This document shows, piece after piece, positions 14,097-27,063 of a DNA stretch of 64,000 bases. Below the pieces are notes generated by a model that was given only the letters and a program-made list of their open reading frames with translations, was not told the origin of the DNA and did no database searches. The position numbers and the translations under genes are program-made. The stretch's first letter is position 1. Every line of letters starts with the position of its first letter. The DNA lies in assembly GCA_904063045.1 (NCBI GenBank), contig CAJFCJ010000001.1:1674001-1738000 (forward strand), written 5' to 3'. Origin of the DNA: Dimorphilus gyrociliatus. Lineage: Eukaryota > Animalia > Annelida.

Positions 14097-15181
14097 TTAC
14101 ACTGAATACGTCACCTCTGATTTCACGTTTGGTACATTAGAATGGAATGGTGAAAACCATATAAAGGAAAAGTTCGATCCAAAAGTGTTTTTAAGGCTTG
14201 ACCAACGAGATTTCTTCTCCCATGTAGCCCTCTCGTTTTTTAATGATTCTATACCGGTTTCATCGGAGCAAATAGCAGCTAATTGTGTCCCACACATGAT
14301 AGCGGTGAATATACCGAATAACAATGCTTCGAAGAGAAGAAAAATGAGAAACACTGTTGTTGCAGCTGGCGAATAATAGGTACAATCTGTATGAAAAATA
14401 TGTATGTATAAATCATTGATATTCTATTATGTCGAAAATATGTTAGTATATTTTTACCATGCCAATCATTTGAAATGCATACTACGAAATGATGGATAGC
14501 CATATACATAGCGTGGCAGGAAATCATGCATATGTAGAAGGTAAAAAGCACAAAGAATTCTAAAAATAAAGTGGAATTAGAGTTGAATATTATAATAGTT
14601 ATAATAATAATTTACTTTGATTGCTCTCTCCAACGCAGTTGTTTACCCTAAAAAGTTTGGAAAAAGTTAAATGAAATGATAAATGAAGAAAAACATTAAT
14701 TGATATACCAGGGACAATGATGATCCATCTTCCTAATACATCTTTTGCAAACGCTGCAGTGATGTGCCCGTTCTGGTTTTATACTGATACATTTGGTACA
14801 TTTATATATAATTTGGTCTCCTTTTAATGCTAACTGATCAATATTTTCTTGTGTTGCATTTCCTCTTGGAACAGCACCAGGATCAGTTAGCATTGCTTTC
14901 AAATGACTAAAAATTGCCATCGTTGCAAAAAATTGAAAGATGATACCATTCGTTAAAGAATGAATTTGATTAGGTGCTGGAATTAGCATAACGAAGAAAA
15001 TAACATATTCGGCATAGAGAATTAATAACCAAGTGAAAACTGCACAAACAATTCCACACGAATCCTTCACCAGCCATAGTTTCGTTTCACCTTTGACACC
15101 AAATAATTTAGCATATTTTGAACAATCTATTAATTTAATATTGTCCTCGTAAGGAACGTTTGCTTTCGATTTTTTCGACAT
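14097..15181 (-). CDS. ZDHHC3: DHHC palmitoyltransferase, ZDHHC3/7 subfamily; 4 exons
   Basis: [29 protein letters not shown], [31 protein letters not shown]|[20 protein letters not shown]. Confidence 0.93.
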
Positions 15182-15545
15182 AATTTGAATGTAGCAAAAC
15201 TATATATATACTATAATAATCACAGTAGTTTTTCAGAGGACTAAAGATTAAGAATTTAATATTCCAAATTTGACTTTAGCATTCATAAATAACTAAAAAT
15301 TTGAGATGGTTAGAATTTTATAAAGAACAATTAGTGGCTTGATCCATTTAGAAAGAAAACCAGTTGGATACTTATTTAACACGACAAAAGTAGAACCGGA
15401 AACGCATTTAGTCTACCATCTTAGACGCGTACTGAATGCAGGAAGTTGATATGGCGGGAAGTTTTGAAAAGTAAGACTTTATATTTTTCTTTTAAAATTA
15501 GGCCTACAGTTAAACATTTCTACAGTTTATTGTATATTTGATGCC

Positions 15546-16349
15546 CTAATTGACACTTGGAATAGTCTGTTCAAAAAAAGAACTATCAGTTTTGAAATTT
15601 CCATGAGAAAATTGTTTGTAAAGATGATGTCCCGGATACATTTGACGCTTTACTTCTGCAGTACGTAATTCAAGGGGTTTCCTTACTTTTGAAACAGATT
15701 TTGTAGTCGTCGTCGTTTTCCTCTCCCTGTCTTCTATATCTTCCGCGGTACCTGGAAGAGCAGGGGCCATAGCAAGCGTAAGTGTCTTTAGGGATCTCGT
15801 ACTGCTAGAGTGTAAGCTACTGGTGGAAGATGAGTTTGCTGAGTGAATCCTTGGTGAAGTCCTATGGTGTTTACTCCTTGGAGAAACTGATTGAAAGGGA
15901 GAAATTCCATTCGTGCTTGGCATTTTTATCCTCGGAACACTCAAATGTCTTGTTTCGACAACTTCGCTTTCGTCATCAAATCGACCTTTCTTCAGACGCT
16001 TAGCAAACCAATGAATTGATTTTTTGTTTAAGAATTCCTCATTATCACCTCCTAGGAATTCGGGTCTGGTTGGTCGGTTGTCTATCCTTCCATTCCTTTT
16101 TGCTTGAGAAACTATCTTACTACCAAGAGAGAAAATTGAAGCTGAAGATTCGCGAGAGGAATTTTCCGTCACACTGCTCGAGCTTATGATTGTTGGACTA
16201 TGATGTAACGGTTCTCTTAGAACGATAACTTTTTCACCATTCCTTAATACTCCAACACTATGATCCGTTATATTATCTCCAGCCTCGTCGTAGTCTTCAG
16301 AATCAGCAAAACGAACTTTTTTTCTACTACCTCCGCATATATTGCCCAT
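15546..16349 (-). CDS. Intronless Ser/Arg-rich orphan protein (267 aa) with predicted N-myristoylation and an RVxF motif
   Basis: Long open frame; first ATG gives MGNICGGSRKKVRFADSED; disordered S/R-rich composition. Confidence 0.7.
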   Translation of the reverse strand: MGNICGGSRKKVRFADSEDYDEAGDNITDHSVGVLRNGEKVIVLREPLHHSPTIISSSSVTENSSRESSASIFSLGSKIVSQAKRNGRIDNRPTRPEFLGGDNEEFLNKKSIHWFAKRLKKGRFDDESEVVETRHLSVPRIKMPSTNGISPFQSVSPRSKHHRTSPRIHSANSSSTSSLHSSSTRSLKTLTLAMAPALPGTAEDIEDRERKTTTTTKSVSKVRKPLELRTAEVKRQMYPGHHLYKQFSHGNFKTDSSFFEQTIPSVN

Positions 16350-16917
16350 GTTTTCTGTCGTTAAGTATAAATAACTTGTTCGCGTGTTGACTAGCTCGGG
16401 AATCACGTACGACTATTTATTTTTTTTAATATTTATAAAAAGAAAAACATAGGCCTAGCCTTTATGAGATATATAGAACATCAAATGAATGTATTCGAAA
16501 TATACAGCATATATATATATATACTAATATATACAAAAATTAGCGGACGGAAACAAGTAATACATTCTGAAGTAAAGGCTCGGAACATGTATGGACAAGA
16601 TTATAGCTGTTACAAAAAATAAACAAATAAAAGTAAGTTAATTAAGAAGGTAAACAATAACATTATCACAATAAAAAGATTTTTATAAATTTTCCCTTTC
16701 TTTTACGTTTTTATTTTCTTTTTTTCTCTTAAATTTTCTTGACTGACTGTTAAGCATCTTTTTTTTTAATTTTTGTTATTATTTTTATGGCCAATGTTGT
16801 AACTCACTTTTTAAATTGGACGGATAAGAAAAAAAGGAGAATAGGAAAAGTTTCAGAGTGTTATATACTGTAGTGTTGATATAACAGAATTTTTCATTTT
16901 TTTTTTCAAGTATAGGC

Positions 16918-18606
16918 CTACTTCCTTCTAGATTTTGATTGGTATTTTGCTGATTTGTTAGTATTGTTGGTAGAAGTTGTGTTGAGTTGGTTATTACTAT
17001 TGGGTCGAACTCTCGTTCTTGAAGTTTCACTTGTAATCTGTTATAAAAATCGTCTATTAAATATGAATGTTTTAGGCAAACAGATTAGAAAAATCGAATA
17101 AGAAAACAGCAATAATCATAGTAAATCACAAAAAAATAATCATTCTTCTTTATACATATTTATCTAATATAATCAATTTGGCATTTCTTAGAAAATTCAC
17201 CCTAACCGAATCCCAGCTTTTCGAGCTTAACGACGAGCTAGATGATGAACGATTCATGTTTTTAACAGCTGCAGATGATATTGATTCATCCGATCGTCTT
17301 CTAGGTCTTTGAAGTGGTACAGTGAGTAAATTCGGAGTACTTTGGACTAATTTCTTAGCTTTTCTCTCTGATTCTGAATTCTAAAGAGTGCACAACAAAC
17401 AAAACAAAAAAAAAGCGAATACATGCATACAAAAAAGTTCTATGAATTTTTTTAAAAATTTGTTACCTTATCCTGTTTATCTTGTCCGTTCCGGAAGGAA
17501 GTATTTCCGGCTGATGCTGAGCCGCTACTGTTAGGCCTATGTGAATCATTAGATGCTGAACTTGGTTTTTCCTTTTTTCTTTGAGTGGGAGCCGACGCAC
17601 AGCTCGATCCATGGTTATTTGCTGAACCATTGTCTTCATTAACTGTTTCAACTCCTTTGGTACTTTCAGCTAAATATTCTCTCATTAACTCCAAAACGTT
17701 TTTTTGTTGATTCTTACCCGTTAACCATTTATGATTAAGAGCTTCCTGAGCGGTAACACGATGAGCTGGATTTCTATCTAACATTTTTAATAGTAAATCC
17801 TTAGCTTCTTCACTTATACCAGCCCAAACTGTATCTTTTTCAAATTGCAATAAAATTGCGGCTTCCTTAATGAGTTCATGCAATTTACTCTCTGACGAGG
17901 CTTGAAAAGGTAGTGTACCAGATATTAGGTAAAACATCATTACCCCCAACGCCCAAACATCGCATTTTTCACTATAACATTTTGAATCAATAATTTCAGG
18001 GGCCATATAATTCGGTGTACCGCATTTATCCATTTTCATATTTTCTTGGCCGACTCCTTCCTTTTTAACGGATAATCCGAAATCTGTTACTTTTACGTAT
18101 AATTGATCTTGTGGATCGTCTGGATTTGCAGCAGTTAAAACATTTTCCAATTTTAAATCTCTGTGCATAATATCGATTTTATGCAGGTAAGAAATAGCAT
18201 CGCATAATCTCGACATGACGGTTTTAACATCTTGCTCTTCGAAACGTCTTCTCTCTTTAAGAACTTTTGATAATTCGCCGGCGCATAGTTCCATAACTAG
18301 CATCATTTTCTTAGGAGTTTCAAAGATTTCATGTAACTTGATTATATGATCGTGTTTAACTAGCTTTAAGATGTCCATTTCTCGCTCTAATAATGTCAAG
18401 TGAGCATGTCCGGCTATGGCCCTCATGACAATTTTACACGCTGCCTTTTTGTTCTTGATTTTATGAACGACTTCATAGACAACTCCAAATGTTCCTTTAC
18501 CGATTTTTGATTTAATTTCATAGTGATCTTCGAACATTTGATCATCATCCAGTCTTGTATGTAGGATAGGCGAGGTCTGTCCCCGCGATCCGGAGGTGGA
18601 CGCCAT
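16918..18606 (-). CDS. STK33: Serine/threonine kinase 33 (CAMK group); kinase domain in one exon plus two predicted 3' exons
   Basis: GKGTFG, AHLTLLEREMDILK, IFETPKKMMLVMELC, HRDLKLEN, VTDFGL, DPAHRVTA. In-frame splices after DKQDK|GTAACA and WDS|GTTAGG give a tail ending SKSRRK* at 16918. Confidence 0.88.
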
Positions 18607-20036
18607 TTAGTCTATTATTAATTACTCATTCGCTCTGAAAAAAAGAACACGTGAACAGATCGAGTGAACCAATCCCTTTTAATATAGCCAGAGTCAATAA
18701 GGGCACCAAAAGGAGTACTTAAACGTGTCTTTAATCACGTATAATTTCATTTTGGCGCCTAGTCAGCAATCATCTTCAAACATAAATCATTGGAAACAAA
18801 CGACGTCGCTTGAGCATTTTTTGACACAACCATAAGCATTTATTGATTGGGCAATGTATTGACAAAAAATAATATAAATATAAATATATATATATACGCC
18901 TTATATGCTGTCTATAGTCTAATACAACTCGCGAGTCTTTTAAATAAGAAAGAGGTACGACATATAATACTTTAGTCGTTTATCTGAATAGTTTCTACTT
19001 TATGAAACGAAAAAAAATACAATTAATTACGCCGACCTAATTGTCGATCGATTCGACTTAAAAGAAAAAAATTGACGTTTTCCCCTATAAACTATTCACG
19101 ACTAGATTCCTACAAAAATATTTCTTATCTAGAACAACTCATTGAGAATTTTATGTATTGTTACTTTCTAAAAACTTCTAAATATTGGTTGTTTGATAAG
19201 GTCGTTGAGAAAGTATTTTAAAACAAAAATAGTCTAAAATAACCTAAGTACAAGATCATAAAAATTCGTTTGCGTAATAATATTAGACTAGCTCAACTAA
19301 AAAAATGTAACAAAGTTCGTAAATAGCAATGAGTGGCGATAAGATTAAAATTCCAATGGCGGCGGTTAAAACAACATTAACAAATTAATTCAACGGGCCG
19401 ACTGAAAAATCTAACAGTAGTATTAAATGAACAAATAGAGCCGAATCATTACTGAACGCTCCATTGATCATGTCCTTACTGCAAGAGATTATTACATAGC
19501 TAGCCGTGGATAGAGATTGCTATATATTCCGATACGATATTCTCAATCAAAACTTGAATAAATATTTTGATTCATACTTACAAGTAGTTTTATGAGAAAT
19601 CCCTTTCTTTAGAAATATTTTGCTTATTCTTTAGTAGGAGAGGATGAACAGCACCTTTAAATAACTTGTAAAAAAGGATTGATTTATCCAGTTAATTGAG
19701 AACGTTTAACGGAATGAGACACACGATGGATTTAGCTAATTTAATAGGTGATCATCAAAAGTTTCCGTTGTATCAGCTCGTAATCAATCGAACTTTTAAT
19801 AAACAGTTCAAGTTTGTAAAGTAAACATTGCGCATACTTTCTGCGCATGTTCGTGTGTGCTATGACGTGACCCGTTGTAGCGACACCTAGTTTTGAAGTC
19901 ACATATTCTAATTATTAAGATTATTTAGTCTCATTAACAATATGTAAGCTATTTAAATCGGATAAATACGTTTTAAAATTTGTTGTAATGGGACAGTCCA
20001 TACAATTTTATTTGTAAATAAATCGAACAACTATTT

Positions 20037-20479
20037 TCAACTATGTATAGCCGAATAAAATATTATCCACGTAACTAAGAATGAAGCAAACGCAGTCATA
20101 AAACCTTCTTTTAGAACTTCACTGATTCCGCCTAGATCATCTACATCTACACTTTGATAAGATGTTGTATATACTTGAATAACAATTGCTTCTAAGGCGG
20201 CGAAAATTATCATAGCTAGGAATCCTGTCATAGGTATGCTTCCACATATCACACCTATTATTATGCCAATAATTTGTCTCATCCAGTAAACTACGTCCAG
20301 GAATTCTTCCTGTTATGTATAATACATCAATTACAGTGAACATATATAATCAAATATGCACGAAAATTATTCCATACTTTGTCTGGCCACGGGGAATTAA
20401 CTGCCATTGCCTTCTGGAAAGTCATCCAAACAGTTGGATCCTTCGGTACTTTGTCCGAAGGCTTTTTTAAGTTACCCAT
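20037..20479 (-). CDS. RAB5IF: RAB5-interacting factor (C20orf24/OPTI/GEL subunit); 2 exons
   Basis: WPDK|EEFLDVVYWMRQIIGIIIG ... KEGFMTAFASFLVTWIIFYS. Confidence 0.93.
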
Positions 20480-20787
20480 ATTATTACCAAGTTCTTTTTT
20501 TGTAATTATATTTTAAAAAATTCTTTTGTTAAATATCCACGCTATCAATAAGGCGAAGTGTTCTGTAAATTTAAGCGACTATACCAGTTTTCGTGTGAAA
20601 AAAAAGAGATGATTGACCGACTCCGCTTCTTTGTTAAACTCGATTTAATTCCGAGGTTAATTGTTAACTCTCATTGTTTTGGTATTCATTAAAAATTTTT
20701 CTTATGAATATTATAAATGAGCAAATTAAATAACTTTGAATATAAAACAGCTAGTTGTTTTCTCTAATACATTAGACTACTTTAAAG

Positions 20788-21646
20788 TTAATCGGAATCG
20801 TCGAATTCAATATCTGACTCTTGTGATGATAACGATGAATCATTCGCTGTAGGAGATTTATTATCACCATCTTCTTCAACTATTGCATCAAGGTTACTGG
20901 AAGAGGTTTTAAAAAAATTAATTACCATTAACTTGTCAACTATAATTAAAAATTACTTTACTCACTCTAATATATTTGGATCAACTCCTTTCATCATCAT
21001 TTTTTGCTTTATGGCAAATACAGGAACGCCCTAAATCACATATATTATACCATATATTTATCTGAAGGAGTGAATTAGAAATGGATGGGTAACATACCAC
21101 TTTTAGCATTCTTACATAATCTGCATATCTCGGGTCTTCTGCAACAGTTCTCCTTTTCGATTCCGTTACCGCTTCTTTCTCCTGTTCAGCTTCCCTTTTC
21201 GATATATTTCCATTGTCAGTAGGATTCTCCGTACTTTCTGACTTTCGCTCAACAGTTGTTGCTTCTACTTGTTGAACCGTTACATTTTCTAAACCAGGAA
21301 CAGAGCCGATCTGTAAAGTGATAACTCTTAAGCTTCTTCTTCTTTAACTTCAAAATCGATTACTACCTTATTTTCAAGTAAGACTAAACTGTTTTCCAAT
21401 CTTTCTAATCGTGAGGCAACTTCTCCAAGCTTTTCCTCACAAACACACGAAAATCTATTCAGAAATTGAACAGTATGTGACACGAAATGGTTGAGGAAAG
21501 CCAGCATACGCTTCTGATGAATCGGTTGCACCTATATCAATAAATTAAGCATGCTAAAATCTTTAGTGTAAACATTAGGACACGAATATACTGACAGCAT
21601 TGTAATCTATTCCCGGACCAACCAACGGAAGACCGTCAGAATCCAT
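20788..21646 (-). CDS. WASHC3: WASH complex subunit 3 (CCDC53); 5 exons
   Basis: MDSDGLPLVGPGIDYNA|VQPIHQKRMLAFLNHFVSHTVQFLNRFSCVCEEK; DPRYADYVRMLKV|GVPVFAIKQKM. Confidence 0.94.
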
Positions 21647-22540
21647 CTGCGGAAATAAGAGTCTGTACGAAATGGAGCAAAATATGAAAATTTCATTATT
21701 ATAAAGGAATTTAAGTTTATTTCAAGATCACTTACACTTCAACTTCCAGGAATAACAAAGTAATCTAAAATTTAAGGACTGTTTCCGTATAATAAATAAG
21801 AAATGTCGTATATATAGATAATATCAACTCCCACAACGAAAGTAGGACCGGTTAAGATGGTTAGATGAATCACATGTCACATACTCACCGGTTTCATATT
21901 TTTAAGTTGCCTAGAAAGGCTTCTTATAAGTTATGACCATACAAAACACAAAGAGTTCAATTCAATAGCACAATTTCATAAATAAAAGAATAAAAGAATT
22001 GATTGTATCCCTGGAAATCTTAGTAGGAGGGTCAAATAAAAGCCTAAAAATATTAATAGATTGATTATACTATATGTAATTAAGGTAGATTATTTGTAAG
22101 GAAGGCTTAACCGCCTACTAGCAATTATTTTCGGAACTAAACTTATATTTTAATATTAAATTACAAAGAAATAGCTCAGCAGGCGGTAAATAATTGAGAC
22201 TTTTCGTTAGTTAATTAGATATTCTAACGAGCTAACTGTTGTCTACTAATTCCTTCTTTCAAGCCACTTTTATGTTACATTATACAAATCTATAGAAATG
22301 CCGTATTCTATATATACATAGTATATATCAATATATCTTTATATAGTTTATAATAAATTGAACATATCTGTTTCAACTGAATTTCAAAAGCTAATGTAAA
22401 AAAACTGAAATTTGATCAATGATTTTATTTCAGCAGATGCATGATAAATGCATTTCTCAAATTACTTCATTAGTTCGAACGCCCTAAAAGTCAAATGTAA
22501 TAGTTATGAAGCCAAAACGAATCTTCTTCTGTGATAAATT

Positions 22541-23588
22541 CTACATGAAGTCATTAAAATCGCCATATTCATCGTCATAGTAATCCGTATTATTATCTTG
22601 TTTTAACTTTGGACCAGTTTTTTTCTTTTTTCCTTTAGCCGGTTTTTCTTGCTTTGATTTTTCAGTTGCTAACACGGTCAAACAAGTACCCAACTTTTTT
22701 ATACTATCACTTTCAACTATGATAATAAAGTAATAAGTATTTTTGTTTTAATATAAATTCTTTTATACATACTATTTACAGTAAGATTTCTAAACAAAGA
22801 TTCTAAAAATGTTGCATAGAACGGATTCGTCTGCAAAATATTAATTACATGATTAAAATTAATTTAATAAAGAAGGAATTAATTATTACTTCGAATTGGC
22901 ATATCTTTTTACTTAAGGCATTGGCGAATTCTTCGAAGTCACTTTTAGATTTAGGCTGCATACTTTCAATTCCATCTCCAACTGGTTTCGCATCGTTAAC
23001 TCCTGCAAAAAATTAAAACATAAAACTAAACTCTTTTAAATGTATTCCTTCTAAATTCTCAACCTAGCATATTCTTCGCCAATTCAAAATCAGATTCTTC
23101 TACTCGCTTTTGTCTTTCCTCAGCTGTCAACTCCTTCTCCATCTGTTCCTTGGCCTTTATTCTCTCTTCCCTCTCTTTCTTTAACTTTTCCTCCTTTTCG
23201 GCTATTTTATCTTTTAAGGACTTTTTTTTTTTGACCGTTTCTGTACATATAGTCAAAGGGGTCATTATCCGTTAGAGTCAATGTCATGAACTAACCTAAT
23301 TTCTTCTTTTCTTCTGCGGCTTTTTGCTCATCTTCATCTAAATCTTCCCAATTGTCAGCCTTAAAGAAAAAATATTTTGTTAATTTGAGGACATTTCACT
23401 GTCTATCGTAACATACTGCATCATCCTCATCTTCTCCTTCCCATTTGTCAGTGACACGACTGCTGTAATTCACACCAGGATCAAAATCCTCGTCATCTGT
23501 TGACAAAAAACAGAAATTACAGTAATGAGGTGTATATCTCAGTTAAAAATCTGTGGGAATATGACAAACCCCAAGATTTTTCCGCCAT
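22541..23588 (-). CDS. EIF3J: Eukaryotic translation initiation factor 3 subunit J; multi-exon
   Basis: Acidic N-terminus with DKWEGEDEDD and DNWED; KRVEESDFELAKNMLG; PKSKSDFEEF; C-terminal DDEYGDFNDFM*. Confidence 0.92.
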
Positions 23589-23953
23589 GTCGAGCACGTT
23601 TCCGGAAAAGTGTTCTGTTTCCGATATAATGGGTGTTTCTAAACAGCGTGCAAAAACGTAAACTTAATTTGGGCACCGCTAATAACAGGAACAATTCCAA
23701 AATAATTCACAATTTAAAGATTGTGAAGAAGTAGATAGTTCTCGCTGTAACCTAAATTATTCGAATAGAAGTACGCTGGTGTTAAAATTTATTTATAGCA
23801 TCCGTTACATTACTTGTGAAATACTTGGCATTCTATTTAGCATTTTGAATCGATTTCTAACGTCCCCTGCAAAACATAAACAGAATTACAGCGATTATTA
23901 CTTAAAAAAATTATAAAATAGAATATATTTTTCATTTATTGGCGAACTATGAA

Positions 23954-26026
23954 ATGAAATTTAAAATGAGTGAGACTTACTGCAAACAGTAAAGATTGTT
24001 TCTATTTCAATTACTTTATTTTTGCAGAGTTAGTTATATATGTACTTATTATCGCTCAAGTTCATATGTCTATGGAAAGCATAGAAGAATTCTCGGATGA
24101 TGAAGTAGATAAAGATAATTTTGTAGATATCCACGATATGGGACCAGAAAATCATGAGGATCTGTTTCAGGATCAAACAGTAAATATAATTGACTGCTTC
24201 TTCAAAATACAGTTGTTGATGTATAAGTAATTGGTTTACGCTACCAAAGAAACTATATATCACTTAATAATAAGTTAGAATAATAGGCGATTGTTTGTAA
24301 CAGTTTTTTAAACCTATAACGTTTATAAAAAAAAATATAAATATATAGATAAATGAAGTGTAAATTTGTACAAAGCCAGATTCAAAATCAACTACTGGCA
24401 TAGATTCTAAGACCTCAACAAAAGTGCAGATTCTCGAAAATCTTATTGAGCCGGAGAATGAAAACAAAGAAGCTTCTGTTAGCAATATTAACACAGAAGT
24501 TACCCTCGATGCCGAAAATTATGATAAGGGTCTTATTTTCTTTCAACAATTCTTGAAAAGAATCGTCCATTTAATTGATAAAGATACACCCAAAGATCTA
24601 GAAGATAATCGAAATATATACTACAAGACAGTTCTAGAATTAAAACCAACAGAAATTTCCTTTATTAGAGATTTTGCAAAGGCCAATACAAAAGAGGCTA
24701 AACATTATTTAAACGAAGCTCATCACATCATTTCTAAATCTTTCTCTTATCTAATACTACAAACGGAAATTCCACTTGAACTAAAGTGGAAATTTGAAGA
24801 TACTTTTGGGCTTTCAGCAAACGAATTACTCATGGTTTGTTTGATAAAAGATGAATAAAGAGAAAAATTATTTTAAATATTCGATATAGGTCTCTCTGTC
24901 TTTTCTTGCGTTTTGTTTGACTACATATCTTTACTGGAAAATGAGGATGAGCTTAGCACTTTTCATCAGAAGATTATTTATAATATCTTTTATTTGGAGT
25001 ATTCCATGGAATTGGATGTATTTATTCAAAGTACGTAATGATTTACGGATGCAATTGGCTGTTGTTTATTGCACATGGCTAATGCAAGTTTTTTTCTTAG
25101 AAAGAAGTTGCTGCCAGAGCTTCCAAGGCGTCAAATTGCAGATCAATAGAAGTAAATGGTGTAGGATATGGCGAAATGCTTTATAGTTTGTTTCTTCCGG
25201 TGAATAATAAACTACAGGACTGCTATCAAGACATTTTAGTAGATCCATGGACAACCATTCCGCCCACAAAAGTCAGCATACACTTATCTTTATAATTACC
25301 CATTTCAAATGTTTGTATTTTTAGGTCATTGCATTCACCTTGGCTACTTTTGTATTTGAACCTCTCGAACATATTGGATTGGGTTTTAAAAAATTTTTGA
25401 TGAGCTTTTTCACAGACTTACATCCAACTTTATGGTTATTTGCTTGTGTGTTAATAATAATAGGAATCGTTCTACCTATGTGTCTTTATATGAATTACGA
25501 GGTAAGACTTCCCGCTTTCCTAGGAGCTATTGGTCCCTCTCAAACTGCAGCTACTCTCTGTATCGAGGTAAATGGTACTTTATTTCTACCATTCATTTTG
25601 AAGTAAAAGTGATGCAATAACAAAACCCACATAAATATATTTGTATTGCATCTAGTGCAGAAATTCGGCCACCGTATTACGAAACAACAACCAATCGCAG
25701 CTAGCGTATAATGTAAGTTCTAAACTATATTGCATCTTATACTCATACCAAATAGATGTATTGCTTTTCCATAGAGAAACGTTGAATCTCGTTCAATAGG
25801 CCAGTCAGCCATAGAAAGAAGGCCTGAGAATAACTTGAAAGATGCTTCCACCCAAAGTGATGCTTCGAAAATTTGTCTCATTTGTAAAAGCACTCAAACT
25901 GTAATACTAACGAAGGAAGTAGCAATATCAACTATTGCAATAGAAAAGACTGATAAACACTGCCAAATTGATGATTGCGGTAAAGTTAAAGAGAAGATTC
26001 AATATGACATTAAAAATGAGACTTAA
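23954..26026 (+). CDS. CLCC1: Chloride channel CLIC-like 1 (MCLC family); multi-exon
   Basis: Spliced signal peptide MKFKMKLVIYVLIIAQ; FVDIHDM; IISFIWSIPWNWMYLFK; CYQDILVDPWTTIPPTK|VIAFTLATFVFEPLEHIG. The last exons splice in frame to TAA at 26026. Confidence 0.85.
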
Positions 26027-26870
26027 TATAAATTAAAGCATTTAACTGAAGAAAATAGGGGTTCAATATTATCTTCACACTGCCCTTTAAAGAGATATAT
26101 GTCAGATATATTTGAAATAATATCAGCCTATATCTTTTTATGGAAAATATTCTAAATAATCTTGAAATAACACTTTGAAACGTTTTTTTTATCTAGATAA
26201 TTTAGGCTAATAGTGTTAAACAGAAGCCTACTTAAATAGATATCAAATACAAAAAATTGAAATGCTGCTGCTAATTTCGTTCTTTTTATCTTTATGAGAT
26301 TTTTAAGTTTTTAAATAAATCTTTAAGTGACTGCAGAATGAGATATTTTATTCATTAGAACTAAGGTGGCGCAACGAAATTTTATATCTATCCAAATAGG
26401 ATTGTGTATGTACTATCTACTTAAATATTCTCGTAAAATCTCGAAATTAGAATCTAGAAACTGGAGTACAAGATTTATATTTCAAGCAATATATTTTTTA
26501 TCTAGGTCATTTGGTTCGGTGTCACTTTTACAATTGAGATATTTCCATTTTAATATTAACTTTCATTTAATTATTGTAAAACCTTGTAATTACTTTACAT
26601 CCTAGACAACTTGTGTTTTTCCTTCTCAATAAAATATTCGTTTTTATTAACATTATCCATATGTCTATCAATTAATAGTCTGTGGATAAACTCATATCTA
26701 TACTAATTATACAATAGATATTTTTGGATCTGAAGTTGTTATGACAAGTGTCCAAAATTTAGTAAGTTTTTTGTAATAATCAATCTCTAATGTTGTTTTC
26801 AATGCTTGAGAGAAAACTTGGTACATATTTATGTATCTGATGAGGCCTGAGAATACTATAGCTTTAAACT
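26023..26870 (-). other. Possible fragmented or fast-evolving minus-strand gene (or pseudogene)
   Basis: Two open stretches of about 53 codons plus shorter ones in very AT-rich DNA, with plausible AG acceptors. Joining them needs weak donors, and one stretch has an in-frame TAG. Confidence 0.25.
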
Positions 26871-27063
26871 ATTTCTATTCCTTTGTTTATACAAAATTTC
26901 GTTATTTATAGAACCTAAACCAGTTCACCAATTAAATTAATTAAATTAATAACATTATAAAAGCCACTTAAAATAATATTATTCATCAGCCGTTTTCCCG
27001 CCATTTACCTACCAGTTTTATATACTTTTAGAAGTTTCATTATTTTTTGTACCCGACCTAAAG

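Noticed and set aside
18900-19900. Short open frames or possible ncRNA between STK33 and RAB5IF
   Set aside because: Frames are under 35 codons with frequent stops; no snRNA, snoRNA or miRNA signature recognised.
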